Assembly: GCF_001194135.2 (NCBI RefSeq) | Contig: NC_068994.1 | Coordinates: forward strand, 29,110,143-29,174,142 | Length of the DNA stretch: 64,000 nt | DNA from: Octopus bimaculoides | Lineage: Eukaryota | Direction of reading: 5' to 3' | Shown here: piece after piece, positions 36,350 to 49,967 of the stretch | Numbering within the stretch: position 1 is the first letter of the stretch | Layout of the letters: every line of letters begins with the position of its first letter | Program-made: the position numbers and the translations under genes | The notes under the pieces: model-generated | Told to the model about the DNA's origin: nothing | Seen by the model: only the letters and a program-made list of their open reading frames with translations | Databases searched by the model: none

Positions 36350-36524
36350 TGTATGTATGCATGTATGTACACACACACACATCATCTAATATACACAATT
36401 TACAAAAGAGCTACTAATAGTTTCATGCTGTAGAGATACAATAATTTGGACAGATTTACATGACATGCCACATATCTGCAATCTTTCAGGTTCAGTGCAT
36501 ATCATTAGATGTATTTAAAAATCA

Positions 36525-37450
36525 GGACTCAAAGAGATCTCAAAGTAAACTTAGCAAAGGCTAAGGTTTTAGTAAATCAGAAACAAGACAGGATCTTGTT
36601 ACCATCATGGAAATGGCCATGTTTGATAGGTAGAAAAGGAATACCTAGAAATTCCATACAGTGTGCTCTGTGGAAACTATGATTGTGCAAAAAGATTTCA
36701 TATGTGGCAATTGCACAGGAGCAGTAAACAGCAAGAGTACGTAAAATGGATTCTTTCAAATGTCTTGAGAAGTAGTAGATGTCTGGGAAGTAGTTAAAAA
36801 TGAACAACAAAACGTTTGGGGAGCTTTAATCCTCGTCGGTAACAAAGGTCTTCTTTCACAGAGTAATTTTGTGTATTGTATGAGGCTTGTGTACTAAGTG
36901 CAATGCTGTATGGTAGAGGCCTAGAATGAAAGGTATCTACAGAGATCACAAACAAATGAAATATGTTCTGCTGGATATGTAAATTTAGTATGCATGAATG
37001 ATGAAGCACAAATGAAGTGAGAGGAAAACTATTATATTTACTCACATATGAATCTCCTACTTAATTAGGGTTAAATTTTGGTATAAAATTTTTTCCTCCA
37101 TAGTTTTAGCCTTGCCCTGTGTATAAGTTGCACACCAGATTTTCCAGTTAAAATCAAGTATAAAATAGTGTAACTTATACACAAGTAACTATAGTAGGTA
37201 TAAGAGGAATGAGTTACAGTGTGCAAGAGAGAAGACTGATGCTATAGTTATGTGACATATATGGGGTATGTCTATAGTATAATAGAAGTGCTGAATACTC
37301 AAAGTGGGAGGAACTTGTGAAAGAGGAAGATGTGAGAAAAAGTAGTGAAGTCTGATTTCAACAAGCAGAACATTGTGAAGGAGATGACAAAAGACTGTGA
37401 TGATTGATGAGATGTGATTGGTGACACATAATGCTGGAGAAAACCTACCC
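36525..37450 (+). mobile_element. Degenerate RTE-type LINE fragment with a Cys-rich insert in the RT thumb region
   Basis: LKVNLAKAKVLV...WPCLIGRKGIPRNSIQC...LYEACVLSAMLYG...VQERRL...LEKT. Confidence 0.7.
37033..37194. mobile_element. Small Tigger/pogo-like MITE nested in the RTE fragment
   Basis: Degenerate TIRs TATATTTACTCACATATGA / ACTTATACACAAGTAACTATA; the RTE reading resumes after it. Confidence 0.5.
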
Positions 37451-38351
37451 ATTTGTACAAATATATTGGAATAAATGTTAAAATAGTAATAGTAATGGAT
37501 GTGAGGATGTATTATTTAACACTGGGTCTCTCACTTAAATTTCCATCTGCTGTTTCCTCCCCTTCAATACCTTCTCAAGTTGCACTTAATCCTCTCTCCT
37601 GATGAGGGACAGCAATGGATCTGATTCCCTTCTCTCCCATCATTATATCTGTGTAACAGGGGACTGTACTAGATCTAACTTTATTCAATACACCCTATCA
37701 CTACCATCCTGCCAGCCAACACACCCTAACCAGTGTTCCTTTTCCACCATCAGTCACTTTTTCTTATTATTGCCCATTCTCTGTTGATATACATTATTCT
37801 CTCTCTCTCTCTCTCTCTTATCAGGAAACATGCAACTGCCATCACTATTTCTCTTCCATTACTCCCTCCCCTACAACCCTCTCATGTGAATCACACTGCC
37901 TTTCTCTTATCATATTCTTTCACCATCTGTGTCGGTTTTTCTGTCATCACTCTTTCTTTGATTCACTCTCTTGGTCACACTGCTTCTTAATGAACAGACA
38001 GAAGAGAACGTAAAGTTGGAAGAACTCCTTAGTCTTGTTTGGTACAAGACAACTTCACTAGTGCTGGTGCTGTGATAAAATGCAGTTGTACATTCTGTAA
38101 AGTGAGTGATAAATGAGCAAAGATAACAAATTCTTGATCTCTTGAAGACATGACAACCTCTCTAGCGCTTGTGCTTAGGTAAAATGAACTGAGTACATTC
38201 TGAAAAGTAGTGGGTTCTAGGGAAGGAATTTAACCATAGAATTCTTCCTAAAATGGAATGTATAAGTGAGACATGATCACCTGACCTATATTGGACTGTT
38301 ACAACCCATCATACCCAAGTCAGAATGAAAAGAAGATATAAAATATGATGT

Positions 38352-38388
<37 letters not shown>

Positions 38389-38601
38389 AATGACAGTAGC
38401 ATTGGCAGTGATGATGATGGTTGTGGTGGTGGTGATGATGATGATGATGATGATGGTGGTGATGTTGATAGTGATGATGGTGACAGAAATATGTTCATGG
38501 CAGTTGAAACACAAAAATGAAGAAATGACAAATGCGCAATTATTGGCAGAGAGGGAGAGATTGAGAGAGAAGAGAGATTGAGAGAGAGAGAAAGAGCAGA
38601 G

Positions 38602-38829
38602 TTAATCCTTTAGCATTTAAACCAGCCATATCTGGTCCAAATATTCTACCTCTTTTATGTTCAAAGTAGCCAGATCCAGCTTCTCACACCTACCCTACAA
38701 TGTCATTATAAAAATATACAATTACATCATCAAAATCTCGAAGCTACAAGATAAAGCACATTTAATTCAGAACAATGTGAATACATAGACATTACATTTG
38801 ACAGAGTAATCTGAATGCTGAAGAGTTAA
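38602..38829. mobile_element. piggyBac-like MITE; second copy at 55039-55261
   Basis: TTAA-flanked ends (TTAATCCTTTAGCATT...AATGCTGAAGAGTTAA); colinear diverged copy at 55 kb. Confidence 0.7.
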
Positions 38830-40534
38830 ATGTCTCAATTGTTATGTGGAAGACAGGTGACTGAACCAGTCTGAACAGATGATACAAATAAATGATAATC
38901 AGTAAAAATTGCCACACACTGACAGCAAAAATTTCCCAAACTGAACAAACTATAGCTACATATTTTTCTATGATTAACCCATTTTAGAACAACCAACCTG
39001 AGACCAGCACCTCTAATTCTTTGATACAAAACCTGTGTGGTTAGGAAGCTTGCTTCTCAAATCCAGGGTTTCAAGTTCAGTCCCACTGTGTGACACCTTG
39101 GGTGAGTGTCTTCTGCTTTAGCCTCAGGCTGACCAAAGCCTTGTGACTGAATTTGGTAGGCAGAAGTTTCCATTGTGTGTATAGATGTGTGTGAAAGTGC
39201 ATGTACCTCCTAAAGCTTTTGTAAGTTAGTTAAATTAAAAGAAAACAACCACTGACTTTGATGGTTCAATGTTGTTTTCAATGATGAAGATCCTGATGTT
39301 TAATCAACAGGCCTATCTGCTCATTAAAGTCACTCATCATTATCATCATCATCATCATCATTTAAGATCTGTTGTCCATGCTGGCATGGGTTGCTGGCAA
39401 GCTGGAGAGCTACACCAGGCTCCAGTCTGATTTGGCTTGATTTCTATGGCTGGATGCCCTTCCTAACACCAACCACTTTACAAAGTATGCAGGGTATTCT
39501 TAAATAAAAATACCCTTAAAATAATTCTCAGGTACCATCAGCATAACAATGAATGACAAAGCTGTACTTTTGGAATTACAGGTACAACTCGTCTTCTTTA
39601 AAGAGCAAGAGACAGGAATGAGAAATGTTGGACTTTCCATCCCTCACTGCAATCAAATATATTGATGTTTTACCACTGTTTAACATAATTCCCCGTTGCA
39701 AAGTGTGTGGGATGATGAAGGAGTGTGGAGAATGAATGAATAAGAGGACTGAATGAATAAGAGGAATGAAAGAGTGTGGGGAATGAAGTAATGTGGTCAG
39801 TTAGTCAGAGAGACAAATCTAATCCTAGATTACACTATGTCTGAAAAGTGAAAGGATGGTCACTGCTAAAATGCATTTGATCACAAGTTTGCTTAATCAG
39901 GACGAAACAATAACAACATGAAACTATATAATAACTTTATAAAAAACCTTGTTATTATAAAGTAAGGTTTAAATATCTGAGATGAGATTATTTTTTGGAC
40001 TAACTTCCTCATTAAGGATCCACAAAAATTCAAAAGCATTTGAAGCTCTGGAGGTCACCTCCTTCAAGGCAGACCTGTCTTGATCTATATCCTCTTGTGT
40101 GTTTGGGGTTGATTGTGCTATCTATTCAAAGCTGCTTTCAGAGCATCTCTGAAGCTCTAATATGGTGCACCAACACTACACCCACCATCTGCAGGTGCAG
40201 AAAAGAAGACTGCCCCTGGCAATCTACATCTAGAATTCTGACATCCAGCCCAGGGCAGTTGGATTTGGTTTAGTTAAACAAACAAACTGAGGACCTTGTC
40301 ATTCTTAAGACTGCACAAATAGATGATCAAGCATGCAATCATGCATATATACATACACACACAAATATATATATATATATACATGTGATGAGTATAGAGG
40401 GATAAATTATCCAGGTGGGTAACATAAGAGCTCTCAGCTATAGTCCAGGTTACAGCTAACTACATCAAGAAGTAAGAAGCACCAAGTCTCCGTATTATTT
40501 GTAATTGTTTTGGATTATATACATTTATATATAT

Positions 40535-40958
40535 CTTTTATCTTTCACTTGTTTCAATCATTTGACTATAGCTATGATGGAGCACTGCCTTTGAACAATT
40601 TTTAGTTGAGTAAATTGACCCTGGTATTTAATTTTTTTAAGCCTGTTACTTATTGTATCATTCTCTTTTGCCAAACCACTAAGTGACGGGGATGTAAACA
40701 CACCAACAATGGTTGTCAAACAATACTGAGGGACAAACACAGGCACAAAGATACACATATATACATACATACACACGATATATACACACACACATACATA
40801 TGATGAACTTCTTTCAGTTTCTGTCTACCTAATCCACCCACAAGGCTTTGGCCTAAGGCTATAATAAAAAGACACTTGCCCAAGGTACCATGCAGTGGGA
40901 CTGAACCTGGAATCATGTAGTTTGGAAGCAAATTTCTTGTCACAGTTATGCCTGTGCC
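40535..40958 (-). mobile_element. SINE family A, full length
   Basis: Reverse match to family A. Confidence 0.85.
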
Positions 40959-40962
40959 TATA

Positions 40963-40999
<37 letters not shown>

Positions 41000-41430
41000 C
41001 ATGTGTGCACACACATATATACTTACATACTACATACATTGTTTCTTCACCTTTGAAATAAGTGAACATACATGCAAACATACATATATATCTATACATA
41101 CACACACTAACATACATACACACATAATACAATTAATCTGTGAAAAAAGATTAAGTGGAAGAATTTGTTACATTTTGAAACAGACTTATTTTTGAGATCC
41201 TTAATTTTCAACATGTCCCCTCTCATTGCACATAGAGACAATGATGTGATTACGAAGTCCTAGAAACATGTTTTGTAGCTGATTTTAACTTATAACTTGA
41301 ATCATATTAGATGTCCTAGCTTGAAAGAAATCATTAGAATGAAGTTTTCTTGAATAACCAGTCAGCATTACATGACTCTCATAAAATTAAGCTGAAGTAA
41401 TTATGTTTAAAATAAAATCAACAAATGCTA

Positions 41431-41804
41431 TCTTTTTACTTTTACTTGTTTTAATCATTCGATAGTGACCATGCTGGTGCATCACCTTGAAGAGCTTAGT
41501 TAAGCAAATCAACCTCAGTACTTATTTCTAAAGCTGGGTACTTATTTTATTGGTCATTTTTGTTGATCTGCTAGATAACAGGGACATAAACAAACTAACA
41601 TCAGTCAAGTAGTGAGAATGAGTGACACACACACACACAGGCATGATGAGCTTACACACAAGTTTCTAACTTCCAAAAATCACTCACAAAGCATTGGTTG
41701 GCTCATGTCTACTGTAGAAGACACTGGCCCAAGGTGCTGCATAGTGGGACTGAAGCCAAGATCACATGGTTGCTAAGTTAGCTTTTTAACCACAGAGCCA
41801 TGCT
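41431..41804 (-). mobile_element. SINE family A, diverged (further fragments at ~39030, ~43215, ~44960, ~53130)
   Basis: Reverse match to family A. Confidence 0.75.
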
Positions 41805-42299
41805 TGTAATAATTTTTTCAATGACAATGGTAAAATAGATGCATCAAGCTTTTAAATGTAGTTTACAAAATTACTTACATTCAGTTAGAGCATTACTGAC
41901 TAGTAATTGGTACTGAAGAAGAGGTGTAACAGAAACAGCAAAGACGTCCAATGTAAGTTGCCTTTGACCTATTAGTGAAGGGACTGAATAATGATATAGA
42001 ATCCATCTGTGAAAATACAAAGGAAATGAAAATAGGATAACTCAGTTGAGTACCAGTTTGTTTGGTATCTCACCATTAAGTTCTCAATTTTCTACTATTC
42101 TTTCTGTATCTTTATCTGTTCTGTTATTGATCCACCAATCTGTGAGTGAGAAGTAATCTTATTAGGGTTAGGAAATTCCTGGCTCTGTTTATGGTGATTT
42201 CTCAAGATTACTTTTCTATTTCTAGCTTTACTCTGCTGTGTTATACATATCTGCTCATCCATCTGTACAAAACATATTTCCTCTCTCTCTAAAGAAGTA

Positions 42300-42520
42300 G
42301 TATATTGGTTTGAAATTTTGGCACAAAGCCAGCAATTTTGGGGGAGAGATAAGTTGATTCCATTGACCCCAATGTTCAACTGATAATTATTTTATTGACT
42401 CCAAAAGGATGAAAGGCAAAGTTAACTTAGGTGGAATTTGAACTCAGAATGTAAAGATGGACGAAATGCTGCTAAGCATTTTGCCCAGCATGCTAATAAT
42501 TCTTCCAGCCCATCACCTTG
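42300..42520 (-). mobile_element. SINE family B
   Basis: Colinear with 5905-6105. Confidence 0.85.
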
Positions 42521-45409
42521 AAGAAATTATATATTGAGCAACCATAACACCTCTAGATAATATTGAAAGGATTTAATAGAAAGCACCATCAAATGGAGCT
42601 TCCTTTAATATCTTCATTCATTTATGTCAAGGTACAAGGAAGTTTCCACTACTCTGTTGCAGTTCATCTGGAAACTCAAAAACCAGGGCTGACATGATCT
42701 CCAATGAAATGAAATATTATTCATAATGCCAAACTATATTTTTATAGGAACTGGAACTGCTTCATCGAAGTATTGTCCAAATGTTACCATCAGGGATGGT
42801 TCCCCTTGAAAAACTGTCAAAGTTCGAAGATGTCTGAACACTGCATCCCATAGAAACCAGTTCCATTGGGAGCTTCAGCTTCCTAATGGAAGGAAATGGA
42901 AAGGATGTTTTTAGAAAATAGAGGAATTATTCATAAAAATTGTATTAGAAAAACAAAAATAGTAAGATATTCATCACAAACGCCTCTATTGCATAACATT
43001 TTTAGCATCTCTAAGGCTCCCCATTATATGTTCATCTCCATTGATGGAGAGAAAAAAGCAATTTTGGACATTTTGAGATTTTATTAAAATTAATGGTAAA
43101 TTTGATCATGACAAAAAAGAACATCTCAGTTATAATATTAAAGAAAAAAGAACCTAGGAAGAAAATAAGATTTATATGCAGTTTGGATACATGAAGCAAT
43201 AGACATAAAAATTAAAGGCATGGTTGTGTGGCTTGCAACCTTATGGTTCTGGGTTCAATTCTACTGCACAGCACTTTGGGCAAGTGTCTCCTACTATATA
43301 GCCACAGGCTGACAAATGTCATGAGTGAACTTGGTAGATGCAAACTGTGTAAAACCCCTTTGTGTATATATACCCAATGTAATCAATTACTGTGTAGTGT
43401 AATACAATATACCTATGCAACAGAAAATCCAAGAAATCCAAACAAAAAATTTTTCTGTATGGAGTACGTAGAGCATGAAGTCAAAGTGTGAAAAGTAGAA
43501 ACAGATTTATTTTTTTTTATATGACTTCCATAAGATTACAGCTGTTTTGTAACCTTCAACATGTAGAATTATTAATTGTGGTGTGCAAAATTATATGTAC
43601 ATGCTTATATCAATATGTATGCTCAGCATTATACAATACAATCGTATATTCACAAATTGATGCAAATAAAGAAAGCTAACTCATCAGGTCATCAGAAACA
43701 TCATGGGTACATCTATGATTCAACTCTAAACATACACACAAAATTTACCCTTATATGTACAATGTTTGGAAGGCCAGAATTGGACAACATTGAAATAATT
43801 TGATCAGTAAAGAGAAACAAAGAGAGAAATAGATCTGCTAATGGTATTATTCTTTATAGAAGAATTTTAGGATCTTTTTTAAAACGGGGGCCACATTTTT
43901 CATTAATGTTTTACGTAGTGTTGTTTTTGGTACCGAAAGACTTTCAAACTTCGTATACTTATCTATTTTGTGTTATAGAACAGAAAAATATTTTTGTATT
44001 CGAATTTATTTCATGTAAAAAATTGTCTTATTTCGATAATTTCAACCAATCACTGACGTCCATTCAGTCGATATACATTAAGTGCCGACTACATAAACAA
44101 ACGATTCTTCGTTTCATTTGCTTTTTTCATTTTAAATTTGCTTTAACCCTAACCNNNNNNNNNNNNNNNNNNNNNNNNNNNNNNNNNNNNNNNNNNNNNN
44201 NNNNNNNNNNNNNNNNNNNNNNNNNNNNNNNNNNNNNNNNNNNNNNNNNNNNNNNNNNNNNNNNNNNNNNNNNNNNNNNNNNNNNNNNNNNNNNNNNNNN
44301 NNNNNNNNNNNNNNNNNNNNNNNNNNNNNNNNNNNNNNNNNNNNNNNNNNNNNNNNNNNNNNNNNNNNNNNNNNNNNNNNNNNNNNNNNNNNNNNNNNNN
44401 NNNNNNNNNNNNNNNNNNNNNNNNNNNNNNNNNNNNNNNNNNNNNNNNNNNNNNNNNNNNNNNNNNNNNNNNNNNNNNNNNNNNNNNNNNNNNNNNNNNN
44501 NNNNNNNNNNNNNNNNNNNNNNNNNNNNNNNNNNNNNNNNNNNNNNNNNNNNNNNNNNNNNNNNNNNNNNNNNNNNNNNNNNNNNNNNNNNNNNNNNNNN
44601 NNNNNNNNNNNNNNNNNNNNNNNNNNNNNNNNNNNNNNNNNNNNNNNNNNNNNNNNNNNNNNNNNNNNNNNNNNNNNNNNNNNNNNNNNNNNNNNNNNNN
44701 NNNNNNNNNNNNNNNNNNNNNNNNNNNNNNNNNNNNNNNNNNNNNNNNNNNNNNNNNNNNNNNNNNNNNNNNNNNNNNNNNNNNNNNNNNNNNNNNNNNN
44801 NNNNNNNNNNNNNNNNNNNNNNNNNNNNNNNNNNNNNNNNNNNNNNNNNNNNNNNNNNNNNNNNNNNNNNNNNNNNNNNNNNNNNNNNNNNNNNNNNNNN
44901 NNNNNNNNTATATATATATATATATATACATACATACATATATATATATACATATATATATGTGTGTGTGTGTCTTTGTATTTGCCCCCTCTTTTTACTA
45001 TTTGACAACTGGTGTTGGTTTGTTTACATCTCCAAACTTAGCAGTTCAGCAAGTATTCAATAGAATAAGTATCAGACTCAAAAAGACAAAATGAAAACAA
45101 AAAAGAAGGAACTGAGGTTGATTTGTTCAATGAGACCTCCTCAAGGTGGTGCTGCAGGTGGAATATTCCCTAAAAAATTTAGAAATATTCCCTAAAAAAT
45201 TTTCTTATAGCATAACTATGCCACGGAAAGTATGTTTTGCATCTATATTGACTACATTTCATTTCGCTTGAACTTTGTGTGTGTACATTTTGCTGTTTTC
45301 AATATTATCAGTTCTCTGAGTGTGTCTGTGTCTGTGAGTGTGTGTGTTTCTGCAGTTGTTATGTCTATAGTAAACTATAGTAAAGAACATTTAATGCTGT
45401 TTTTATGAA

Positions 45410-45702
45410 CCCACATCTAATGAAGTAGCCATCCTTATGGTAGGTGATCCACATGAAAATCATGATATTCTCATTCATGCTCAAGATAACAACCATAAAC
45501 ATGTTTCACAGACACATCCCTCTTATAGTGCTCTCCAATATCCTTTTATTCTGTGGAATGGACAAGATGGGTATCATTTCAATATTCCACAAATTGAACC
45601 TGCACCAGTGGAGCCAATTACAAACAAAAAGTTGTCATCAAATAACTTCTATTCTAACCAACTGATGTTAAAACCAGAACAAATCAATTACACACGTCAA
45701 CT
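45410..45702 (+). mobile_element. Helitron RepHel protein fragment
   Basis: PTSNEVAILMVGD...DILIH...VSQTHPSYSALQYPFILWNGQDGYHFNI...NKKLSSNNFYS..LM matches the conserved pre-Rep region of Helitrons. Confidence 0.85.
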
Positions 45703-46525
45703 AAATTTTATTTTCATTTACATATTCATTACATTATCTCAACCAGCTATAGTTATTTGAAATACACTGCTCTACAACAACCAGGTTTCATTAGAAAGTG
45801 AAAATAGTTTCACACTTTCAATTTGAACCAAAATTACAAAGTGTGCATTATGAGAATGACAATGAGTGAATAATGAAAGTAATGCTTCTCTGAATTAGTC
45901 ACAACTGTAGTATAATAAAGAAAGCTGCTTATCATCTATCTACCAAAGAAACTATGTTTTTGGCACAACAACTCTCTTTTTACAACTAAAATAATCTTGG
46001 AAATGAGGTCAGGTCGCACAATTTTGAGGTCATTTTGGGGCAATATTTTGATTTGCTTCTAATGTTTTACTTTCATCCAATGATTTACACATGCATAGAA
46101 TTCTACTCAGACAAACATTAATGAAAATGTACACATAAATATTGTATCAAAATAAGCTGCAACCAAAAACATTCCATAAAGACATCCATTTCTTTATATG
46201 TTATGAGGAAATACAGTCACTCACTCTCGTTCTCTTATGTACATGCACAAAAAAGATGTATGCATATGTATTTATGGACATGTATAAGAAAGATAATGTG
46301 TGTGAGAGAGAGAATGAGTGCCACTTACATACATGCAAAAAAAATTCATACATCAAGCACCTTCATTCACTCACTCTCTCTCTTTCTCTCTCTCACACAC
46401 ACGTCCATATATCTTTCACTTTCTGCTCTCACTTCAAAGCAAATGCTGCCTTTTCACTTTCTCTTCTCTTTAAATTTCTGCTCCCTTCAAAGCATAAAGA
46501 AATTAACAATTGTTTACGGAAATTA

Positions 46526-47022
46526 TTTACATTATTTACATTTGATGGATATTTGTCCTCATCTTGTTTGTTGTTAACATAATGTTTCGGCTGATATACC
46601 CTCCAGCCTTCATCAGATGTCTTGGGGAAATTTCGAACCTGGGTTCTCATTCCTGAAGTATTTTTCGATGTATTATTATTATTCAGGTCACTATCTGGAA
46701 TCGAACTCGGAATCTTGGGGTTAGTAGCCTGTGCTCTTAACCACTACTCCGTATGCCCGTGGGCGTAGTGGTTAAGAGTGCGGGCTACTAACCCCAAGAT
46801 TCCGAGTTCAATTCCAGACAATGACTTGAATAATAATAATAATAATAACATTGAAAAATACCTTAGGAATGAGAACCCAGGTTTGAAATTTCCCCAAGAC
46901 ACCTGATGAAAGCTGGAAGGTATATCAGCTGAAACATTGTGTTAACAACAAATAAGATGAGGACAAATATTTGTCAAATGTAAATAATGTACATAATTCC
47001 TCATCTCTTAAATATAGAACTG
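46526..47022. mobile_element. Palindromic tRNA-head + hammerhead-tail element
   Basis: Inverted arms centred at ~46759. B boxes at 46697-46708(-) and 46804-46815(+); (AAT)n; hammerheads at 46576-46621(-) and 46898-46943(+); 15-bp TSD TGTTTACG(G/A)AAATTA; absent from the paralogous site at ~51560. Confidence 0.88.
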
Positions 47023-48396
47023 TGTTTACGAAAATTAATGAACAATCATATGATTCCATATGATCAAGTTGACAACTTTGCTTCTTCAAATGAAAGAATG
47101 CCATAAAATAACACACACACACACTCTAGGTAAAACTTCTGTATGAATTATGTTATTTCTTGCTGTGTGTATGCGCAAATTTACAGCTCAAATCCAATTG
47201 AAATAACCTTTTACTATTTTGTAATTTGTTTGTGATGAGCGTATTTAAAAACCTGATCTTCGATATAATCTTAAAAGAAAATTTTCCCAGAAATCCTGTC
47301 CTTTACCTCTTCTTTCTAGCATGTCCGAGGTGACATATGTGCTCCCCACTTATTTCTTTCCTAAATTTCTTCCAATTCCTATGTCTGTGATAATATATGA
47401 GATTAGGATTTCTTTCACAAAACACATTCTCAATATTTTAATCTTCTCTCTCTCCACACCAAATTCATTTTTTACTTTTTTCAAATTTTTTCTTGGTAAT
47501 CCATAGAGAAAAAACAGAGGGTACGAATCCTTAAGAATTTTACCCATCACCTCACCACTTTCAAAAAGCTACACACTCCCAATGTTTCACTTTTAGCCTT
47601 TTGGAAAGTGTGGAAGTTTCTTCAGAAATAATGTTGTATACCTGTTGTTTCTAGCTTTTCGGGTTTTCTGGTGGTGGTCTGGTATTTTTTAGGCCTGCTA
47701 TTTCAGTAGAATTCTATGCATGTGTGAAACATCAGATGAAAGTGAGAGATCGGGAGATTTTAGCTTTTTGAAAGTGGGTAGGTGATGGGTGGGCAAGGTG
47801 GGGGGAGGGGCATTGAGTGTTTCTTTAAGAAAAATTAAGCTATAAAACAATATATATATTTCCAAGATTCATAATCTCTGTATTTTTCTATGTGGATAAA
47901 AAAAGAAAATTTGAAAAAAGTTACAAACTAAGAAATTGCAGTGGNNNNNNNNNNNNNNNNNNNNNNNNNNNNNNNNNNNNNNNNNNNNNNNNNNNNNNNN
48001 NNNNNNNNNNNNNNNNNNNNNNNNNNNNNNNNNNNNNNNNNNNNNNNNNNNNNNNNNNNNNNNNNNNNNNNNNNNNNNNNNNNNNNNNNNNNNNNNNNNN
48101 NNNNNNNNNNNNNNNNNNNNNNNNNNAAAATGTGATTTCTGGACAAAATCGTATTAACCCCCTTTTATATGATGAAACAATACATAGTTTGTGATCCTTC
48201 TTAAGAACAGAAAGCACTTACATGTAAACCCGTGTAAGGTGTACCCTCCCCACTTCACTTTTAAACAAGCAATAACTTCCATAATGCCATTAACTACATA
48301 TCAGTTGTGCTGATTCTGCCCATAAGAAAAGAACAAATAATACAATGTGGTTGTAGGTCATAACACCTGGGTAACGCCAGGATGCATTGCTAGTGT

Positions 48397-49935
48397 CTAT
48401 CTATATATTTATGTATGAAAGACAATTTGTATATGTGTGTGTGTGCATATGTTCCTTATGCATTCAAAAACTGAGTTGCTGATTTTGACATATGGGGTAT
48501 CAAAAGATTCAGTAATCTTTCGGTTACCAAATATACTTTATTTTCATTTACATATTTTCTACATTATCCCCAAAACCAGCTTTAGTTATTTGAAAGGCAC
48601 TGCTCTACAATGAGAGTGAAAATAGTTTCACACTTTCAATTTGAACCAAAATGACAATGTGTTGCATTATGAGAGTGACGATGTGTGAATAATGTGAAGT
48701 AGTGTTTCTCCGAAATAGTCACATCTGTTCTATAAATTTGCTATAAAAGCAGGTAGTAATTTTATCTTGTACTTATTCTTAGTGCAAGTTTTGAAGAGTG
48801 CAGTTCGATTTTAACAGTTATGCTTTCAAAGCTTTAATGTAAGTGACAAAGGAGCATATTCGGCATATTTTACTTTATGAGTTCCATAAAGGCAACAACA
48901 CAACAGAAAGTGTGAGGAATATTAATGCAGTATATGGAGATCGGACAGTAAGCGTAAGCCAGTCTCAACTGTGGTTCCAGAAATTCCAAGCAGGAAACTA
49001 CAGTCTAGAAGATGAGCCTCGTTCTGCTGAGCTCGATGAGGACATCCTGCAAACCCTGGTGGAACAAAATCCCATCATAACTGTTGAGAAACTAGCAGAG
49101 AAGCTTGGATTTGGTCATTCAAGCAGTCATTCAAGTCAGCACTAGAAAGAAAATGACCATCTTTGGTTNNNNNNNNNNNNNNNNNNNNNNNNNNNNNNNN
49201 NNNNNNNNNNNNNNNNNNNNNNNNNNNNNNNNNNNNNNNNNNNNNNNNNNNNNNNNNNNNNNNNTATGTACATGTATATGAAATGGACATGTGTGTTTGC
49301 ATGTGCCCCACTTTCTGCCCCATCTGATTATCATTTATTCCGCAATCTTCAAAATCATTTGGACGGAAAAAATATGAATTCTGTAGACAACGTCAGAACA
49401 GTAGAAGAGGAGTATTTTCCGTCATGGACATGTGAATTTTGGAAGAGGGGCCTTGCAAGTCTACCAGACAGAAGGGGAGTATATTTTAGAGTGAGCGCCA
49501 GAGACAAATAGAGGGCAAGAGAAAGAGAGGGGGGAAGGAAAGGGAAGGAGTTTCATAATGAGTCTCAGGGTGACGGGGTGGGTGGACGGAATGCGAATGA
49601 GGCTTAAAAATAACAATAATTGTTGTGTCCGCCGCCGTCTTCTCCTCCACCACCACCACCATCAACATCAACACCAACTCCATCTTCATTAGTGGTTAGT
49701 AGTCGTAGTAACAATATTTTCATGGAAATTGTTATCCACCTCCTCCACTTCTCGATCATCATCATCAAATACCCTGCACCACCACCACCTCCACCACCTC
49801 CACCACCACCACCACCAACAACAGCAACAACTACAACACCGGTATTTATTCTGTATGAGCAGTAGTAATTATTAAACCTCCATTGCCATCATGATCATAA
49901 TCATAATCATCATCGTCGTCATCATCATCACCATC

Positions 49936-49967
<32 letters not shown>

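Larger units (their letters stand above)
45410..48393 (+). mobile_element. Non-autonomous Helitron-derived unit 1
   Basis: Ends with hairpin CCTGG-GTAACG-CCAGG (48366-48381) then CTAG|T (48390-48394); the 5' end was not located. Confidence 0.7.

Noticed and set aside
37590-37640. CTGATGAG hammerhead-like core
   Set aside because: A GGGA/TCCC stem is present but no GAAA follows and there is no stem I/III partner.
42540-42900. Complex non-repetitive segment that could be an exon
   Set aside because: Stops in all minus frames examined and no recognisable motif.
44140-44154. TAACCCTAACC before a long gap: possible telomeric (TTAGGG)n array
   Set aside because: Fewer than two units are visible, the gap hides the rest, and the site is internal; more likely a repeat-embedded microsatellite.
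46690-46830. Pair of bona fide tRNA genes
   Set aside because: The acceptor stem does not form and the heads continue into (AAT)n and hammerhead tails, so these are SINE-like heads.
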